DNA of 64,000 nt from Lytechinus pictus (GCF_037042905.1 NC_087245.1:27344001-27408000), one strand, 5' to 3'. Shown: positions 1-14,917, counted from the first letter of the stretch. The notes: a model not told the origin generated them from the sequence alone. Translations and numbers: made by a program.

Positions 1-666
1 TTTGTAAAATTTCTGCGAATCCCGTAGAACATGGTTTCCGCTCTTAAAAGAGACAACTAGAGAAAAGGGATGTCACAGTGAACTTGATAAATTTGCTTCC
101 ACCTTGATAAATGTATTATCTTCCTTTGACAACGGTTTTACTGTTATTGTAATGGTCATTTCTTATATTACCTGTCCTCTAAACGTTGAAACAAATAACT
201 GATCCTGTCTGCCCCTTGACATTGTAAATTGGTTGCTGTCCTCACGCGGTGTCTTCAAAGTTTCAAGAGTCCTTGGTCTCTGATCAATGAACTATGTCAT
301 CGAGACATTCCCTTTACCATCTCCCTTCGCTCAGATTTCCCAGTGGCATTATGTGAACAACATTTTACAGAATAACCTTTTCTAAAATTCGTGCTATACC
401 CTTACAACCTCTCCCCATGAAATAATTATTCTCCATAGCAGAGTCAAATATTAAAAGAGTAATACCGGGGAAGCCATGATAAGAAATTAATGAGTTTTAC
501 TTATTTTTTTTTAAATCGGTTTAAGGGGACAAATATACCATGGCATAAATCCATTGCATTCAGTTCGCTGGTGAGGCCTCTTCACAGCTTAACAAGAAAA
601 ATAAAACACTGCGCTTTTTATAACAAAGTAAGGGGACATAAATGAAATATTTTGCAAAGGCCAACT

Positions 667-672
667 TTTATT
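667..672 (-). terminator. Candidate polyadenylation signal of the neuropeptide gene
   Basis: AATAAA on the minus strand followed by a GU/U-rich tract (~590-610). 1-3535 lacks obvious repeats, consistent with a long 3'UTR. Other AATAAA hexamers occur (e.g. ~1437, ~2597, ~3086). Confidence 0.3.
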
Positions 673-3535
673 TTAAGATTTTACTGACAAATACGACACA
701 TTTCCTGTCTCTCGTTTCGTGAATACGCTGCCAATTATTTTTTTCGGTTTAGATCATTATTTGGTCCAAAAAATGAAAGAAACTTTCAATAATTTGCGGA
801 CATCAGATTACCTACGTTAACCATCTCTCTTCAGGTACACAGCCATACACATGCACGCTATTCCACTCTCAAGTACTCAAAACCATAATACATTTGACAT
901 TTTTTGACCAGATGATATATATTTAATAACACATCATGTGAGATATAAAGAAATATTGGGTTTACATGAAAATAATAACACACCTTTACATAGAAAATAG
1001 TACAATTCTTTGATGATAAAGTTGGTTTTAAATAACAAATTGATATTTACAAGTAAATTGAGATGACCTGTTTACAGGGATCGTGTTCATATGCTCTAAG
1101 TTATGGTAAAATAACAGTGAAATAGCTATCAATATTTGCGTGTGGTAAAAGAGAACGTAAGAAAAAATGTGCATTAGCATAAAGGGTGGCAGAACAGTCT
1201 GAAATACCAAAGAAAACAATCTGCAAACTACAAAACAAAATAAACAATACGTATAAGGTAACAGTGACAATTCGAACACGCATACTGTATATTTTCTATC
1301 ACTGATTCGGGAAACCTTTGTCTTTATGTTGTGTACACATATGTTGGAATAAAGAGGGGGTATTAAATACCTATCGGTAAATCGCCATTGATGCCAATAT
1401 AATTGATAAATCTGGAACATTATTGTATGATCTGTGTTTATTCTCATTATTCGTATAGTACTTTTTTAGCAGGCATGCCAACGAAACCGACTCCAAACCT
1501 ACCCATTATGTCATTAAAAATAACGCTAATTTTATCGGTTTGTAGTCGGTATTTCGTAAGTGTGAAAGCAACGTAAGGTAACTTGTTAAGTAAAAACTTT
1601 AAAGAAAAATTGAATGGATAAAAACATTATGAGTGTTTTGAATTTACATTGGTATTAAAGTTGTTCCGCAGTTATAATCAACGGTATTGCATACACTTTT
1701 TAATGGGATAAGTTACTATTTTAACTACATTGGAATGACTCCAACCAGTTTCCTTTCACATCTGAAAAATTTGGTTTGAATAACGGTACATATTAAAACA
1801 ATTTAATAAAACAGAAATTATCCAACCCCTAGCACGTGAATCTTCAAATCATAATAGGTCTATATGCTATCATTGAACTTTTACCAAAGTGTATTCTTCT
1901 TAAATAAAATGAGAAGTAACAAGCGTTAAGTCTTTAGACTTTTTACCTTATCTTTCCAAATGAAAAGAGTTACAATATGCACAAAACGATTTATACAAGA
2001 AATGTATGTCATAAATTGAATACCAAATTTGAAAAAAAATTTATAATCAGCTTGATCACAAAGTTGTCCATAATTGTGTAACACATATGACTTCATGGCC
2101 ATATAATTATACGACTGTATACCATGAACCAGTTTGGACCAAATATCATTCACAAACTCCTCCATAATATTCGTGAAAGGTGCAGTTGAGTGTGATACAT
2201 CAGACACAAATGGTAGATACATTTATATTAAACCTCTTTCCGACGTTGGTTCAATAATACATGGTTTATATCGTGGGCATTCCGTGTGATAGAAGGCAAT
2301 ACTAAGTAAAGTTAGGCATATATACTTCAAGCAATATGCATGCTATGTGGACAGAAAGCTACGTGCCAAGTGCTCTCTAGACCTCTCCAAAGAGTCCTGA
2401 GAGAGTCGTTATAGTTAGGAATAAACTCCCAGTGGATTGACTTTGCTGGCTGTTGACCGCAGCTAGTGGCAACTTGTCTCAATCATATGTCGTTTTAGAC
2501 TGCCTTTGTATAAAAGAACTCCTTCATTTTCTTAAAAGGAGAACCAAAGGAATTAAAAACAATTTTTGACGCTGCCTTGCCACGAAGATATTAATGTTTA
2601 TTTTCACTTCCGTTATTTTGACTATCGTGTACACCTACGGTATTCTAATACACTGATTATGTGAAGGAACAGCACACCTCGTAGTTAATCAGTATCGATA
2701 AGAAAGTAGATTTAAAAAATAAGTTCATTTAATCTGCAGATAAAGGTGACATCGACAACCGTTGACGTCATCTCATCTCGACTGTATCGTAATAACGACA
2801 ATAGATATTTCAAAATCCTTCAACTTACATGTCAACATCTTTAATATTATACTAAAGTAATGGTACGGAGCACTGCCAATTAAGGTGACCAGAGTAAAAA
2901 GCTAAGAAATACTCTACTGTGGTAAAAGCCAATATTGTTAACAACCTACAATAATTAGCAGTCCTACATTAAAGAAGGTAATCTTAGTCTATATTCTTCA
3001 AGTTCGGAAAAGAAAATACCTTCCTAATGCTGACATATTTTATATATAGAATTCCACTTTGAGCGAGTATAATCACGTATATACCTTTATTCATAATGTT
3101 CAATCGGGATTAGTGCACATCTGACTCCGTCTCCCGAAGTACCATTCCAAATATACTACAATTAAAGAACACAGTTTTGGGGAAGGATTCGAAAACACTC
3201 TACCCTTTTTTAGTAAAGGGTTTTTAAGAATATACATCCGTTGAAATTAATATAATCCACACTTTTGGCAGTATATGTTCATAGAATAATTGGTTATTAG
3301 TTGTGCCACCTTTATATTATATTGCGTAATTCAATCTACTCCTTATCAGTAGTATCAATATAGAACAGTTAAATGAGAGGGAATTTTAGTACCACCCCTG
3401 CATGGATATATATTCCATAACGCCCAAGGAATCAAAGGTATACTTTGATAATTGCCGTTTTGTTTGCTTGTGTACATGTGTTTTATGGTCATCTCCTGTT
3501 CAAAAATAAAAATCCGAAAGTTCTGCTCAATTCTA

Positions 3536-3699
3536 TCATCTCCTACCTTGCATGGACATTATTTGATTGTTATGGTCAATTAAGTTTCTTCTTGCGTTTG
3601 CCAATGCCTCCTGGTGCTTGTTCTTAAGGACCCTTCTAATGACATCCATTGAAACTGGTTTAAACGATTCCAACAAAAACCCAGATCGTCGGCTTCTTT
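3536..3699 (-). CDS. Coding exon B of CRH/DH44-type neuropeptide precursor (mature peptide, amidation signal, stop)
   Basis: Acceptor tttatatctttcattgcAG ends at 3700. Phase-1 join G|AA gives E, then RSRR (furin-type site), 46-aa SGFLLESFKPVSMDVIRRVLKNKHQEALANARRNLIDHNNQIMSMQ and GRR-stop. MDVIRR and Asn at -8 from the amide match the CRH/DH44 pattern. Confidence 0.85.
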
Positions 3700-4243
3700 C
3701 TGCAATGAAAGATATAAACAAATAAACAAAGTGGATTATTGGAAGATTATTAATGGAATCTTAAATCCTTTCACATGCATAGATTTAACCTTCATTTAGG
3801 GAGTCGTTTCTGTGCAATAATAATTAGACATTCATATTTTTACAAGAATTAAACTTGGGCTGAACATGAAAAATAATCAGCCCAAAATGTAAATTTTCAA
3901 GTTTTAAACATATTTATGCGAACATTATAGGGGGTATATTTCCGGTAGATATGGCCACTGTTTATCAATTACCCCCTTTAATGCTTTGCACGCTGAATTG
4001 ACTGACAACAGCGACTACTGTTGTCTTGATATTTTCTTGAATTTTGATATCCATTCTGCAACATTCACACTGATGATTATATTGTAGATGTTATCGGAGA
4101 ATTCTAGCTATCATTTGTAGAAAGACTGCTTTAGCCATGGTTGCTGACTCTGAGAATGCCAATTCTGTACACATGCGTCTTTGGACGTGTGTGTGTGCGC
4201 GAGTGCACTTACACTGGCAATCGCGGACTTGGACACATGCTTC

Positions 4244-4313
4244 AAATTTATACCGAAAACATACAGCGAACCAAGGACGTCCTCGGTTTGCTGTATGTTT
4301 TCGGTACAAATTT
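4244..4313. repeat. 70-bp loopless palindrome
   Basis: 35-bp arms centred on GACGTC, 3 mismatches, all transitions. Confidence 0.9.
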
Positions 4314-5703
4314 CGTTGACCATCGTGAACGATTTTAATGGTCTAATGTTCTTTCATTTACACGGACAGATAAAAAGAAGTCGATTAATAAGGATCATGA
4401 TGATATAAGCTGTCCTCAGTTATTCATTGAAGTTCATATGACTCCATGTTGACTAGATGCCTATACATAAGTCTTCGGTTATATAGTTTTAATTTCTTAA
4501 CCCCCCCCCCCCGAAATTGTGCCCTCGATTTTTGCCCAAAATGTGCGTCAGTTTTTACATGTGAATTGGTGTAACTTTAAAAACGGAATAAAAGTGACAA
4601 GCATATCAATGGGTAGGAAGTTGGATAGGAAAGTAACAGGAGTAGTAGAAGTAGAATTAGCAGTATTAGTAGTAATAGAATAGTAGTAGAAGTAGAAGCA
4701 GCAGCAGTAGTCCAATTGGTTGTAGAAGTAGACGTTTTTTTTATTTAGCACTTCAAAATTTTATGATATCTTAACCTTTTTGCAAAAATATTATTATATA
4801 TTATCAGTTCGGTAATGCATTATAATTGCAATAGTGAATTGTTAGTACTTGGTACTTGGCACATTCAATTACAATTACCAAGTTATCATTTAGTCGCGAG
4901 TATATTGACAACATGCATTTATTCACTCCACTCAATTCAAATTCAAGAACGAAGATGAGCGTCACAGATCACAATTATATTTTGGTCAATTTGCCTGAAA
5001 TCTCTATATAATTATGTCAATAGTTTGATATAGAGACGCTTCTCCCCTCGGTGCAAATTAAACACTTTGCTCTATTTGGAACAAAACCTCATATTAATGT
5101 ATCTTCAAAGTTATTTGCTCCTGCACTTGAGAGTTGTATTCAACAAATAAAAATAATTGATAGAAGAAGACATTGAAAGGGTTTCAAAGTACAAGTAACG
5201 GACGCCGAGAACCACTTTACCTCTCCGAGTGTGTATCTCTCGTCCAAAATGTAAAGTAGAAATTAAAATTAGCAACAGCCCTTCAAAAGATACGGAGTTG
5301 AAGAAACTACCGGGTAGATATGCATTTCATGAAACAATGTTTATATCTGCTATGTTTGCATGGCAACTAAAATACATTTTAGTGTCATGAAAACGACCGA
5401 CTCATCTCCTTTTCACAACCGAGTAATAAACCAATATCATTCTTTTGAGAGTAAACACACACTGACATGGAAAATATTTAAATAATGTCATGATGGATTT
5501 GATATCAGGGTCTAATCATAATGAATCCCTTGCGAATAACTGTTCGATGTAATTGATATTTCAATATGGATATCAATATTACGATTTTTATTTTTTGAGG
5601 TACATTTGAAATTACAATGACTATCTGAAAGTGATGAGCTTGTACATAAGGGTGAAGCAGCGAGAGAGAGAGAGAGAGAGAGAGACGAAAGAGAGGGAGA
5701 GGT

Positions 5704-5743
<40 letters not shown>

Positions 5744-5842
5744 CATAATATGTATATATATATATATTTGAATCTGATATCACTTTATTGAAGTCACAAT
5801 AAAGAAAAGAAAAAGTAAATACAAAGACATAATAAAGATTAA

Positions 5843-6445
5843 AGGGATACTGCGGGCTGAAAATATTCATTTCTTGATAAATAGAGTAAAATTCACAAAG
5901 CAAAGTGCTGAAAATTTCATCAAAATCGGATAACAAATAATTAAGTTATTGAATTTTAAAGTTTAGCATTATTTTGTGACAATAGTTATATGCACATCAT
6001 CATGAATATTCATTAGGTGGGCTGATGATGTCACATCCCCACTTTCCTTTTTCTTATGTCATTACATGAAATCATAATTGTTTCATTGTTTCATAGTAAT
6101 GTGTGAATAATGTGTCTCCTCTAAAATGAAATAAGTTGCAGCAATTAATACCAGATGCACTGATCAGTTGTCTATCCAATTTTTTTCAGTTCTTGGTAGA
6201 AATATTTTGAATAAACCTAATTTCATATAATAAAATACAAAATAACAAGTGGGGATATGACATCATCAATTTACTCATTGAATATTCATAAAGACATGCC
6301 CAGAACTGTTTCACCGGAATAATGCAAATCTTTAAAATGCTATAACTTTGTTATTCGTTGTCCGATTTTGATCAGATTTCCAGTGTTTTGTTTGTCTGAT
6401 TTTTCTTTATCTGTTTAAATCATAATTTCAGCCCGAAGCATCCCT
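5843..6445. mobile_element. Kolobok-like non-autonomous DNA transposon (MITE)
   Basis: TTAA|AGGGATAC...GCATCCCT|TTAA, long imperfect TIRs, related to the 10774 and 20905 copies. Confidence 0.85.
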
Positions 6446-9400
6446 TTAAGATAGGCCCAGGTCATGACGCATTACTGTCGATGCATGGCAGTAGAATAAA
6501 ATTTAATGTACAATGTCGATGTAAGTAACAGGTACATAACTTATACATATAAAATATCTTTAAAATGAGTATGTGACATGATAAATTACAGCCAAAAGTT
6601 AGGGTAAATATTACAATAAGAGAGAAAAAGAAATATGCATACACACACATATATATTTATACTAAGTTTACAAATATTAGGTTGGGACCAGTCTCCAAAT
6701 CATAAACAAATATCAGGAGTAATTCCGACCACAATACTAAATCTGATAGGCCTTCTATTAAGATAAAGATTATGGATAATAAACAAACTGTATACCATGT
6801 CATCAATGTCAATATAATATCTAACCTTCCACTTGTACATTATATACGTAGAAAGAAGAAATAGAAAGCAATAGAAAGAGGAATGAAGATGGAATGAGGA
6901 GAGAAAGAGGGAATATAGAAAAAGGAAAGAGAGAGAGAGGGGGAGAAGAGAGAGATGGGAGAGAGAAAGAGATAGAGAGAGAGAGAGAGAGAGGGGGGGG
7001 AGAGGGGGGGTGGGTAGAAAGGAAGAATTAATACTCCTTTTGAAATAATGCCGATTGCTATTTAGAATATGACATAAAACCACAAATTACGAAACGCATC
7101 CCATGAAATACCGCTGGATCATAAATGACTTCAAGCAGTAGGTGCTATATCGAGGATTTCCTATCTTATATCACCAGAGGTGTTGCATTGGATTACACTG
7201 TTTGTGGGTATATGGGCTAAATATATTACTTCCGTTATGAACAGTGCGAAACAAAAGAAACAGTTTTTTTAGAGAGATATTGCGATCGTCAAAAAAGTCA
7301 ACCAGTCAAAGTGGGCAAAATGTTTAATCAATGTGACGAGTCGGTAAATCTTGTTAAAGTGTAATTCATACACGTAGGTGTTTTTCCATGTATAACGAAA
7401 CACACATTTTAAGTGATTTTTATTTCTTATTAATCCTGCATATGTCATAATTATGAGGTAGCTCTTTTTAGATACATTAGCGATAGTAATTACTTCATCT
7501 AAAAAAAAAAAAAAACTCGACCATCTCCTTTATCTTACCGGAAAGAACATGTTCATACATCAAAATACTGAAACCATCTCGATTAATGGAGTATTCTGAT
7601 ACGACATCCCGAAACAATACCCTCATGAAAAACATTTTTTTGCGGCAAGGTAAATTTACATTCTGAGAGAAAAGTCTTTATCAAAATATCTGCATTTGAC
7701 CATAAATGGCAGGATTGAATCTTGACCCTTGCCCCATTTAACTTTGTAATTACCATTAATAATCGGAGTATTGTTTAATCTGCTATGACGTTTATAATCA
7801 CTTTCGTCACCTCTTGACTTTAAAACCAATTGGGAATAGAAAAATCAAAATACCGTTAAGGGTAAATACGTTCAAGGTTTTATGACGTCAGAGTTCCCAC
7901 CGATGACATGTATCCAATTTTAGGGCTGAAGTCGAGAAGTTTTGGTGATCGGAAATGAATATCAATGAATCCAATCTGAGAAATTGTGATAATTATTTTG
8001 TCAGTGAAACCCGATTCGTATCCTTAAACGGTCGAGAAACCCCATCCGTATCGTATGCTCCCCATCGATAATAAGATATTCTGAATGAAATGTACATCGG
8101 AAAAAAGCTTTCAGGGGAGAGGCAACGACTTTTGGGATAATCCCAGCAACAGGGGACATGAAACGGAATATCTTACCGATGGATATTTAACGAGACGCAA
8201 ATTAAAGAGACTAGGGAAGAACAGCAAATGACGAACACGAGCTGCAAATTGGCAATCATTTCAAGCCTCCTTCAAGACCAATGGCTGGACTTCGATCCCT
8301 TGATAATTATTCCTAAATGATTACAAAACACCCAAACTCCCCTATGTTTTGACATCTATAAGGTTTGTAAAAACAGAGGTGAACATTCGTAATTATTACG
8401 ACTGCCCAAAGAACCAGAGACTGCCCCAAGGTAAAATCTTATGGTGATAATTAGAACCTTCTCCTTCGGTTAGATAAATCTGTAGGAGTCCGAATTCACA
8501 CTCATCCTGCTTGCAAAATAGCCGTGTCGCAAGTAGCATCGCAAATCAAGAGCTCTATGAACATTTTGTAAATGTTATTATTCTGTGACACAAGTAGATT
8601 CTTACTCGTGTAATGAAAGAACACCTTGGCGATTTGCAGAATTTCCTCGGGCGGTATATAATACACGTTTTTAATCTCATTTACCCGAGGAACGCGCCTC
8701 AAACAGATTACCGTCGAGTTGGCAGTGTAAGCCGACAAACTAGTGAAATTCGACCTACAAAGTGATTAACAGAAGATGGAATGAAAAATTAGATCGTTAT
8801 GTAGATACCATTTAACTGATTAGCAAACTATCATACCATCGTGGTAATACTAACAGCAAAGAATCTTCGTCTGAAAAAGAATTGTTTATTGCACATGAAC
8901 TATGTATTACAAATATTCATTTCTAGATGCAGGAATATTTATTCAGTAATCTCAAACAATTACACCATATTAACATCTGGTCGGAACTAGAAGATGATTC
9001 CCCCACACAACGACGGAATTCTCGTAAGAATAGTAATGAGACTATTGCGTCTTGCAGACAACAGTTAGACGTATCACCGATTCTACTATCGATGGTGTAG
9101 TGATCGATAGTCCTCCATTTTTGATTGATTTCTTTCAATCTGCATTAAGTGGTAGATCAATAAATGTCTTCACCCATGTTAGACCCGTCACTTTTGAGAC
9201 AGTTGCACGTGCCTTAAGGTCCCTTAGCATTCCCGATTGTGCGTTGATTTCCGATAAACGTTTTGAGAATGACCAATGAAAGAATCAAGTTTCTCCAGTC
9301 TTAAGTCATTTGATTAAAAACAAAATGTGTCGTTATACCATAATCTATCACGATCAAAGTTATTTGCCATTCCCAACACTATGATTAATACCCCCTAATT

Positions 9401-10066
9401 ATGTGTCTCTAATATACCATATCGTTAACATAAGGAGTTCTTAAAGTTAAATGATCCAATCTCTACACACGCTCGGTTAACTTGCAGTACTCGGTCATAT
9501 CATGTCATACGAAAGTGTAATAATATTCATTGCAATTTAATGACACTCCCATCATCTAATGCCCATAAAACACTCAATCAATTAGATGTAAACTTTATGA
9601 TATTTTACAGTAAAATGTAGATTATCATTTTTCAACTATCGATGGGCCATTTACATTTTTTCCCTTCCCATTTATTTATTTTTCCTTTTTTTCAGAGGTG
9701 TCTCCCGCTATGAAAGTTTAAAAACAGAGAAGGGTTCAGCCAATTGGCGACATTGACGTGAAGAGTATCGTCCAGCTGACTCTAAATTAAACAGGTTGAG
9801 AAGAAGAGGGGGTAAAAATTAGTAACGAACGAAACAGGAGTTAGCAAACAGCTTATACCAATATTTCAATATTTTCATCAGTCAAATGAATATATATGTA
9901 TTGACTTAATCTATAATTCCATAGCTGATGTGAATTGAACTGAAAAGCAAGAATGGTTTTGAGCATTTTACTTCAGACTTTGAATGTTTCAGATGTTCCT
10001 TCCACTTTTCATGTCTCGTTATTTCCATTGATTTAGCAGTCGAGCATGTCTAATGATAGATCTATT

Positions 10067-10205
10067 CTGGGGAGTGTTTCATGAATCAATTAGTGATTTT
10101 CACGGACGAATTTGTTCTAAGCCAATCAGATGCAATGATTTCAGTAGCTTACAATAGTTTGCCATTAAAAATCATCGACTATTTGTTTAATGAAATACTC
10201 CTCAG
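10067..10205. mobile_element. Short palindromic Harbinger-like MITE
   Basis: ctg|GGGAGTGTTTCATGAA...TTAATGAAATACTCCT|cag; termini similar to the 43919 element. Confidence 0.65.
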
Positions 10206-10773
10206 CTTTCTTGATGTACAGCATTTCCATCCTAAATATTCAACATCTCTGGGATAAACGTAGAAAGTAAAACCTGAAGCCAATATTTCTTTATTTCTTA
10301 AAAATCTATAAATATACAATTTAAATCCTGATGATATTTAATGTATCACCAGAAAAGAGCAAACCATGTGGAAAAGTGATATTGTCCTGACATCAAATTG
10401 AACCTCCTGGCAGATGCCACAATCCAACAAAGAACTTGTAATTCCTGATATTACTTTATTACCTAGGAACATCCAGGTCGCTGATTTTATCTTGGTCAAC
10501 TAATTACATCATTGTGGAGCATGCCTCCTAGCTGTTCACCATATATATCAAATTGCAGTAAACTGATAAATGAAAACCCCGCGACATAACTGTCACCAAT
10601 TATGTGATAAAATCGTCAAGCAAGTCATCTTCGGTAGCAGAGCATCGTCTGTCCCCTTAGAAATGCAATTAGCGGGTTAAGATAAAGACGCAAAGATGCA
10701 TGAAAATCAAGAATTTGATTCCTCGAGTGAAAAAAAAAAATGCTTCTTCATCTTTGCACAGACCATACCTTAA

Positions 10774-11378
10774 AGGACAAGTCCACCCAACAAAATGTAA
10801 ATTTAGATAAAAAGAGAAAAACCCAACGAGCATAACTCTGAAAATTTCATAAAAATCGAATGTAAAATAAGAAAGTTATGACATGTTCAAGTTTCGCTGA
10901 ATTTCACATAAAAGTTATATGCACATCCCGGTCGGTATGCAAATGAGGGAACTGCACGATGACATCACTCACTCATTTTTCTTTTGTATTTTATTATATG
11001 AAATATGACATATTCTAATTAATTCCTCATTGTCCTGTGAAACAGAGTTTTATTTCTCCCTGAACATGTGGAATTACCATTGTTTTAACGTTATATGGTT
11101 CAGTCAAGTTGGTCCTTATTGTCAAATCTGTAAAAATTGAAATATTGTATAATTAAAACAATAGAAAACAAAATAAATAATGAGTGAGGGACATCATCGA
11201 TTCTTTCATTTGCATGTGACTAAATTGTGCATATAACTATTTTGCAAAAAATAAGCGAAACTTTAAAATGTCATAACTTTCTTATTTACATCAGATTTTG
11301 ATGAAATTTTCAGCATTATGCTTGTCTGATTTTTCTCTATTGATTCAAATCAACATTTTTATGAGGTGCACTTGACCT
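10774..11378. mobile_element. Kolobok-like MITE
   Basis: TTAA|AGGACAAGTCCACC...GGTGCACTTGACCT|TTAA; close homologue of 20905-21507. Confidence 0.9.
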
Positions 11379-14300
11379 TTAAACATTTCGCAACAGATGG
11401 TAATTTTCTTGGTGTTATATTCCAAGTTCGTAAAATGGTAATGACTGATTATGATTAGTGAAAAGTAAATCACATGGTAAATGTGTTATTTCCTCATCTT
11501 TACAAAGTTGAGTTTTGCTTTTAGTTGATCTCTCACGTTCACAGCTTTTCATCTACATAACGACTCATAATGATCAAAATTTTAAGGGATGCGCGAATTG
11601 TAGTTTATTGCTCTGTGTATACTACCTTTGGTAAAAGTGCGATAAACTGTCTACTATCCTCGATAAAAGTTTCTCGCTCTGTGAACCTCCTTTGCTACTA
11701 TTAGCAAAAACAAACGCCATAAAATATCAATGGAATACATCTCTAGATTAAAACAATCAGAATGGTGTGCAAAAGAGGGATTAAACTGTTGTTTAACTAG
11801 TGTCTAAATCTAACCCTAAACTTTTTCATTTTATATAGATGTCACTATCCCCATTTTCTTTCGATTCGCTAAATATCTTGAACGAAAGACCTAGTTTTGG
11901 GAGCTATAATACTGATGTGTAATTTTTTTTTTTGTAGCAACCCCAAGATATTTAAGTTTCATGGCGTATTAAAGAGGCTCTCCTTTAAAAATTTTCATTC
12001 AATTAATAAGGACACTTAAAATTTAAGTCAACACGTGGCTCTTCTTGTGTAGTTCATTTACATTTTCAAAAATCATTGCCCATGTGAATAGGTCCCACAT
12101 TTAAATGGCCAAGTTTTTAATGCGAACTTACCACCTCATGACACTACACCGTGACGCGTTGATTAGGTAAAAAGCCATTATCATTGATTACCTTTAATCA
12201 AGCTAATATCTTAATCTCCCAGTAAAACATAAAAAAATGATATCAATGGCATATATGAAAACGAATTCCATTTTACATTTCATGTCCATTAGGCCTATCA
12301 TTCTGTTTGCGATTCTTATTGCTATATTTGCGCGCCTGACATTTGTACCTTTGGATCGAATGGTACGTTTTTCTTTATATCAATGCATGATCTGACTGAA
12401 TTAATGGCACTAAGAGAGATATCATCAACGGCAAAAAGGCATGTTAGTCCAAGTTCAGAGGAACCCACATTTCTAGCTCGTTATATCGACTCAGAAATTA
12501 ATGCAAGCAAACACCGCAAATGCACAACTAATTTCTTTGTGGAGTGAAAGACCAAACAGAGAGCCGGTTAGTCATAAGTGTCTGTCAGGTCCTCGTCCAT
12601 TCGAGAGCAGATTGATGGTGGCTTTGAAGAGCAAAATAAGCACATGAAACAACCCAGGTAAGTAATCACGACTCCTACTAATGTGTGAACACAATACGAA
12701 CGATGGGAAGAGAAAGGTAATGAGACAATGACAATGGTAGTGAGAGAAGGGTGGGAAAGTAGATTTGCATGGCAATGGAGAAAGCGAGTGGGCGGGTGAG
12801 TGTGTTTTTGAGAGAGAAGTGAGAAGTGGAGCCTGTGAGTGAATGAGAACAAAAAAGAAGGATGATAGAATGGGAGATTCGGGTTTTAAAGAGGATGCAG
12901 AACTCCATAGTTTTAGGCATATAGTTTTAATTCTTATACATCATGTCAGCATACGTCATCGATAAGACAGGGCTATGAGCTAACTCAGACATAATGACTA
13001 TCGGGGACAGTCTTACAAAGTAATTAAGCATAAAACGAGGACAGCCAATAATGAGGTTCACTATTAAACACGACTTGTACCAAATAATTTTCAGTAAGTT
13101 CACCCCTGGCATGACGTATATTAATCTTTTTCTTTCGTTATCAGAAATAATAATACGAGATCTAATCTAATTCTAATTGGGATTACACTGCACTTTAGAG
13201 TGTGTACTTCCTATTATTTTTTGCTTGATATTGCTTATTTCGGTATTTATGTCTTGTAAATAAATGCTTTAATGATGAGAAAAATGATGATTCATAAGGG
13301 AAATGGTTTTTCAATTTTCCGGACAATGGCTTGGGCGCATTTTCAGTCGTATTTTGACACCTTCAGTAATGATGACCTTTTGTTTGTCATCGCTTTTGGA
13401 ATCCCAATTTCCGATCTCAATGGACCATGTTCTTGTCAAGACGAGATGTGTATTCTATCTTCGTAGTAAACATGACAATGATGACTCAAATAACAGAGGC
13501 ACAGGAAATGTGATATAGTTTTTTAGCTCGAAGTTATTTTAAAAGTTACTTTGTTGCAAACACACTACGATGTCATTCTTCAATCAATGCATTCACCAAC
13601 AATGACATCAACGAACTGTAAAATTTTAACTAGCACGAGGGTAATGATGTGTCTAACCAATTTGGGGCAGTATTTTACCCAATGTGGGAAGCATATTGTT
13701 CAGTATAAGGTTAGAAAAAATAAGCAGCAATTACTTTAGAATGGACCAAACTTTCATCACACTGGATAAATAAAAATGCCCAAAAGAGATACCCAATGTT
13801 GGTTGGACACATAATTACCCTCATGGAGCATTTTTACCCAATATTTTTTAAGGTGTAAATATACCATTAAGTTAAAGAAGATATACCTACTATTATTATG
13901 ATTATACATATACGAATATGTATATCAATATATAGGAATATGTTTATGTCTCCCTTAAATAATATTTCTATTCATGACTTGTAGTTGATTAGAAACTAGA
14001 CAAGAGTTATATGATATGTTGGTAGAAACTTTAGACCTTTCGTTTGGGTATTGATGTAATTCATCGTGCATATCCTTATTTAATGTTTCATTTATTTATT
14101 GTGACAACAGCAGAAGCTAGAACATGCTTTAAATCTCAATACCTGTTGATTAAATAAAATGCCCAAACCACATCCTTATCCGTGGTCAATTTAGCTGAGC
14201 AATAACAGTAAAAAAAGACTTGATTGCGGGGAAAGCCTTGCTGGTATTCATACCACATATTGTCCTCATAAAACTAGGGCTAGTTGTAATTTATTCTTTA

Positions 14301-14917
14301 AAGGAGGAAATGTCATCCCGGTTTTAGATTTGAACTGCAGTGCACTTGGCATCGAATAACTTCAATTAAAAGCGTGACAGTCTAAATGGCTCAAAGACAG
14401 ATCGATGACAAATCTTGAAAGTGATAGATTTCAAACCATCTTCAACATTTTTCAACTTTTCGAAGAAGCAGTAGGGAAATGGATTAAACGGCGTGGTCAT
14501 GTAGAGCCAGAGTCGACACGGAACATTCTACCTCCTTGATACTTTTTGACCTATAAGAGACATGACAGCTCATTGATTTATATTCTTTTATGTTTCTATG
14601 CATTCATTCATTTATCTAGTAATAAATCATCTATTTTACAGCACTTATACACACACCCACCCACCCACATACACACACACACTATTTATCAATTATGTTT
14701 CTAAACACATATCTATAAATGTATTCCTTAACTTATCAATATTTATTGTCATTTACATTTTAATATTTATTGACCAAACTAAATGATAAGGTGGAAAGGA
14801 TAAAGATTTTATCATCATTATTATCAATTTGCGTTTGACAACGGTTAATCATTTTTGATATGGTAAAAGGATGTTCGATAATTGCATAGTAAAACATTAA
14901 ATCATTTGTCCGTCCAT

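Noticed and set aside
1028..1447. 139-aa minus-strand ORF
   Set aside because: AT-rich chance ORF in the probable 3'UTR; no recognisable homology
3770..4565. Possible element with TTCACATG termini around the palindrome
   Set aside because: Only 8-bp inverted match and no TSD
7900..9300. Slightly GC-richer segment with short ORFs (extra exon or decayed retroelement)
   Set aside because: No recognisable motif, frequent stops, and exons A and B already join in frame
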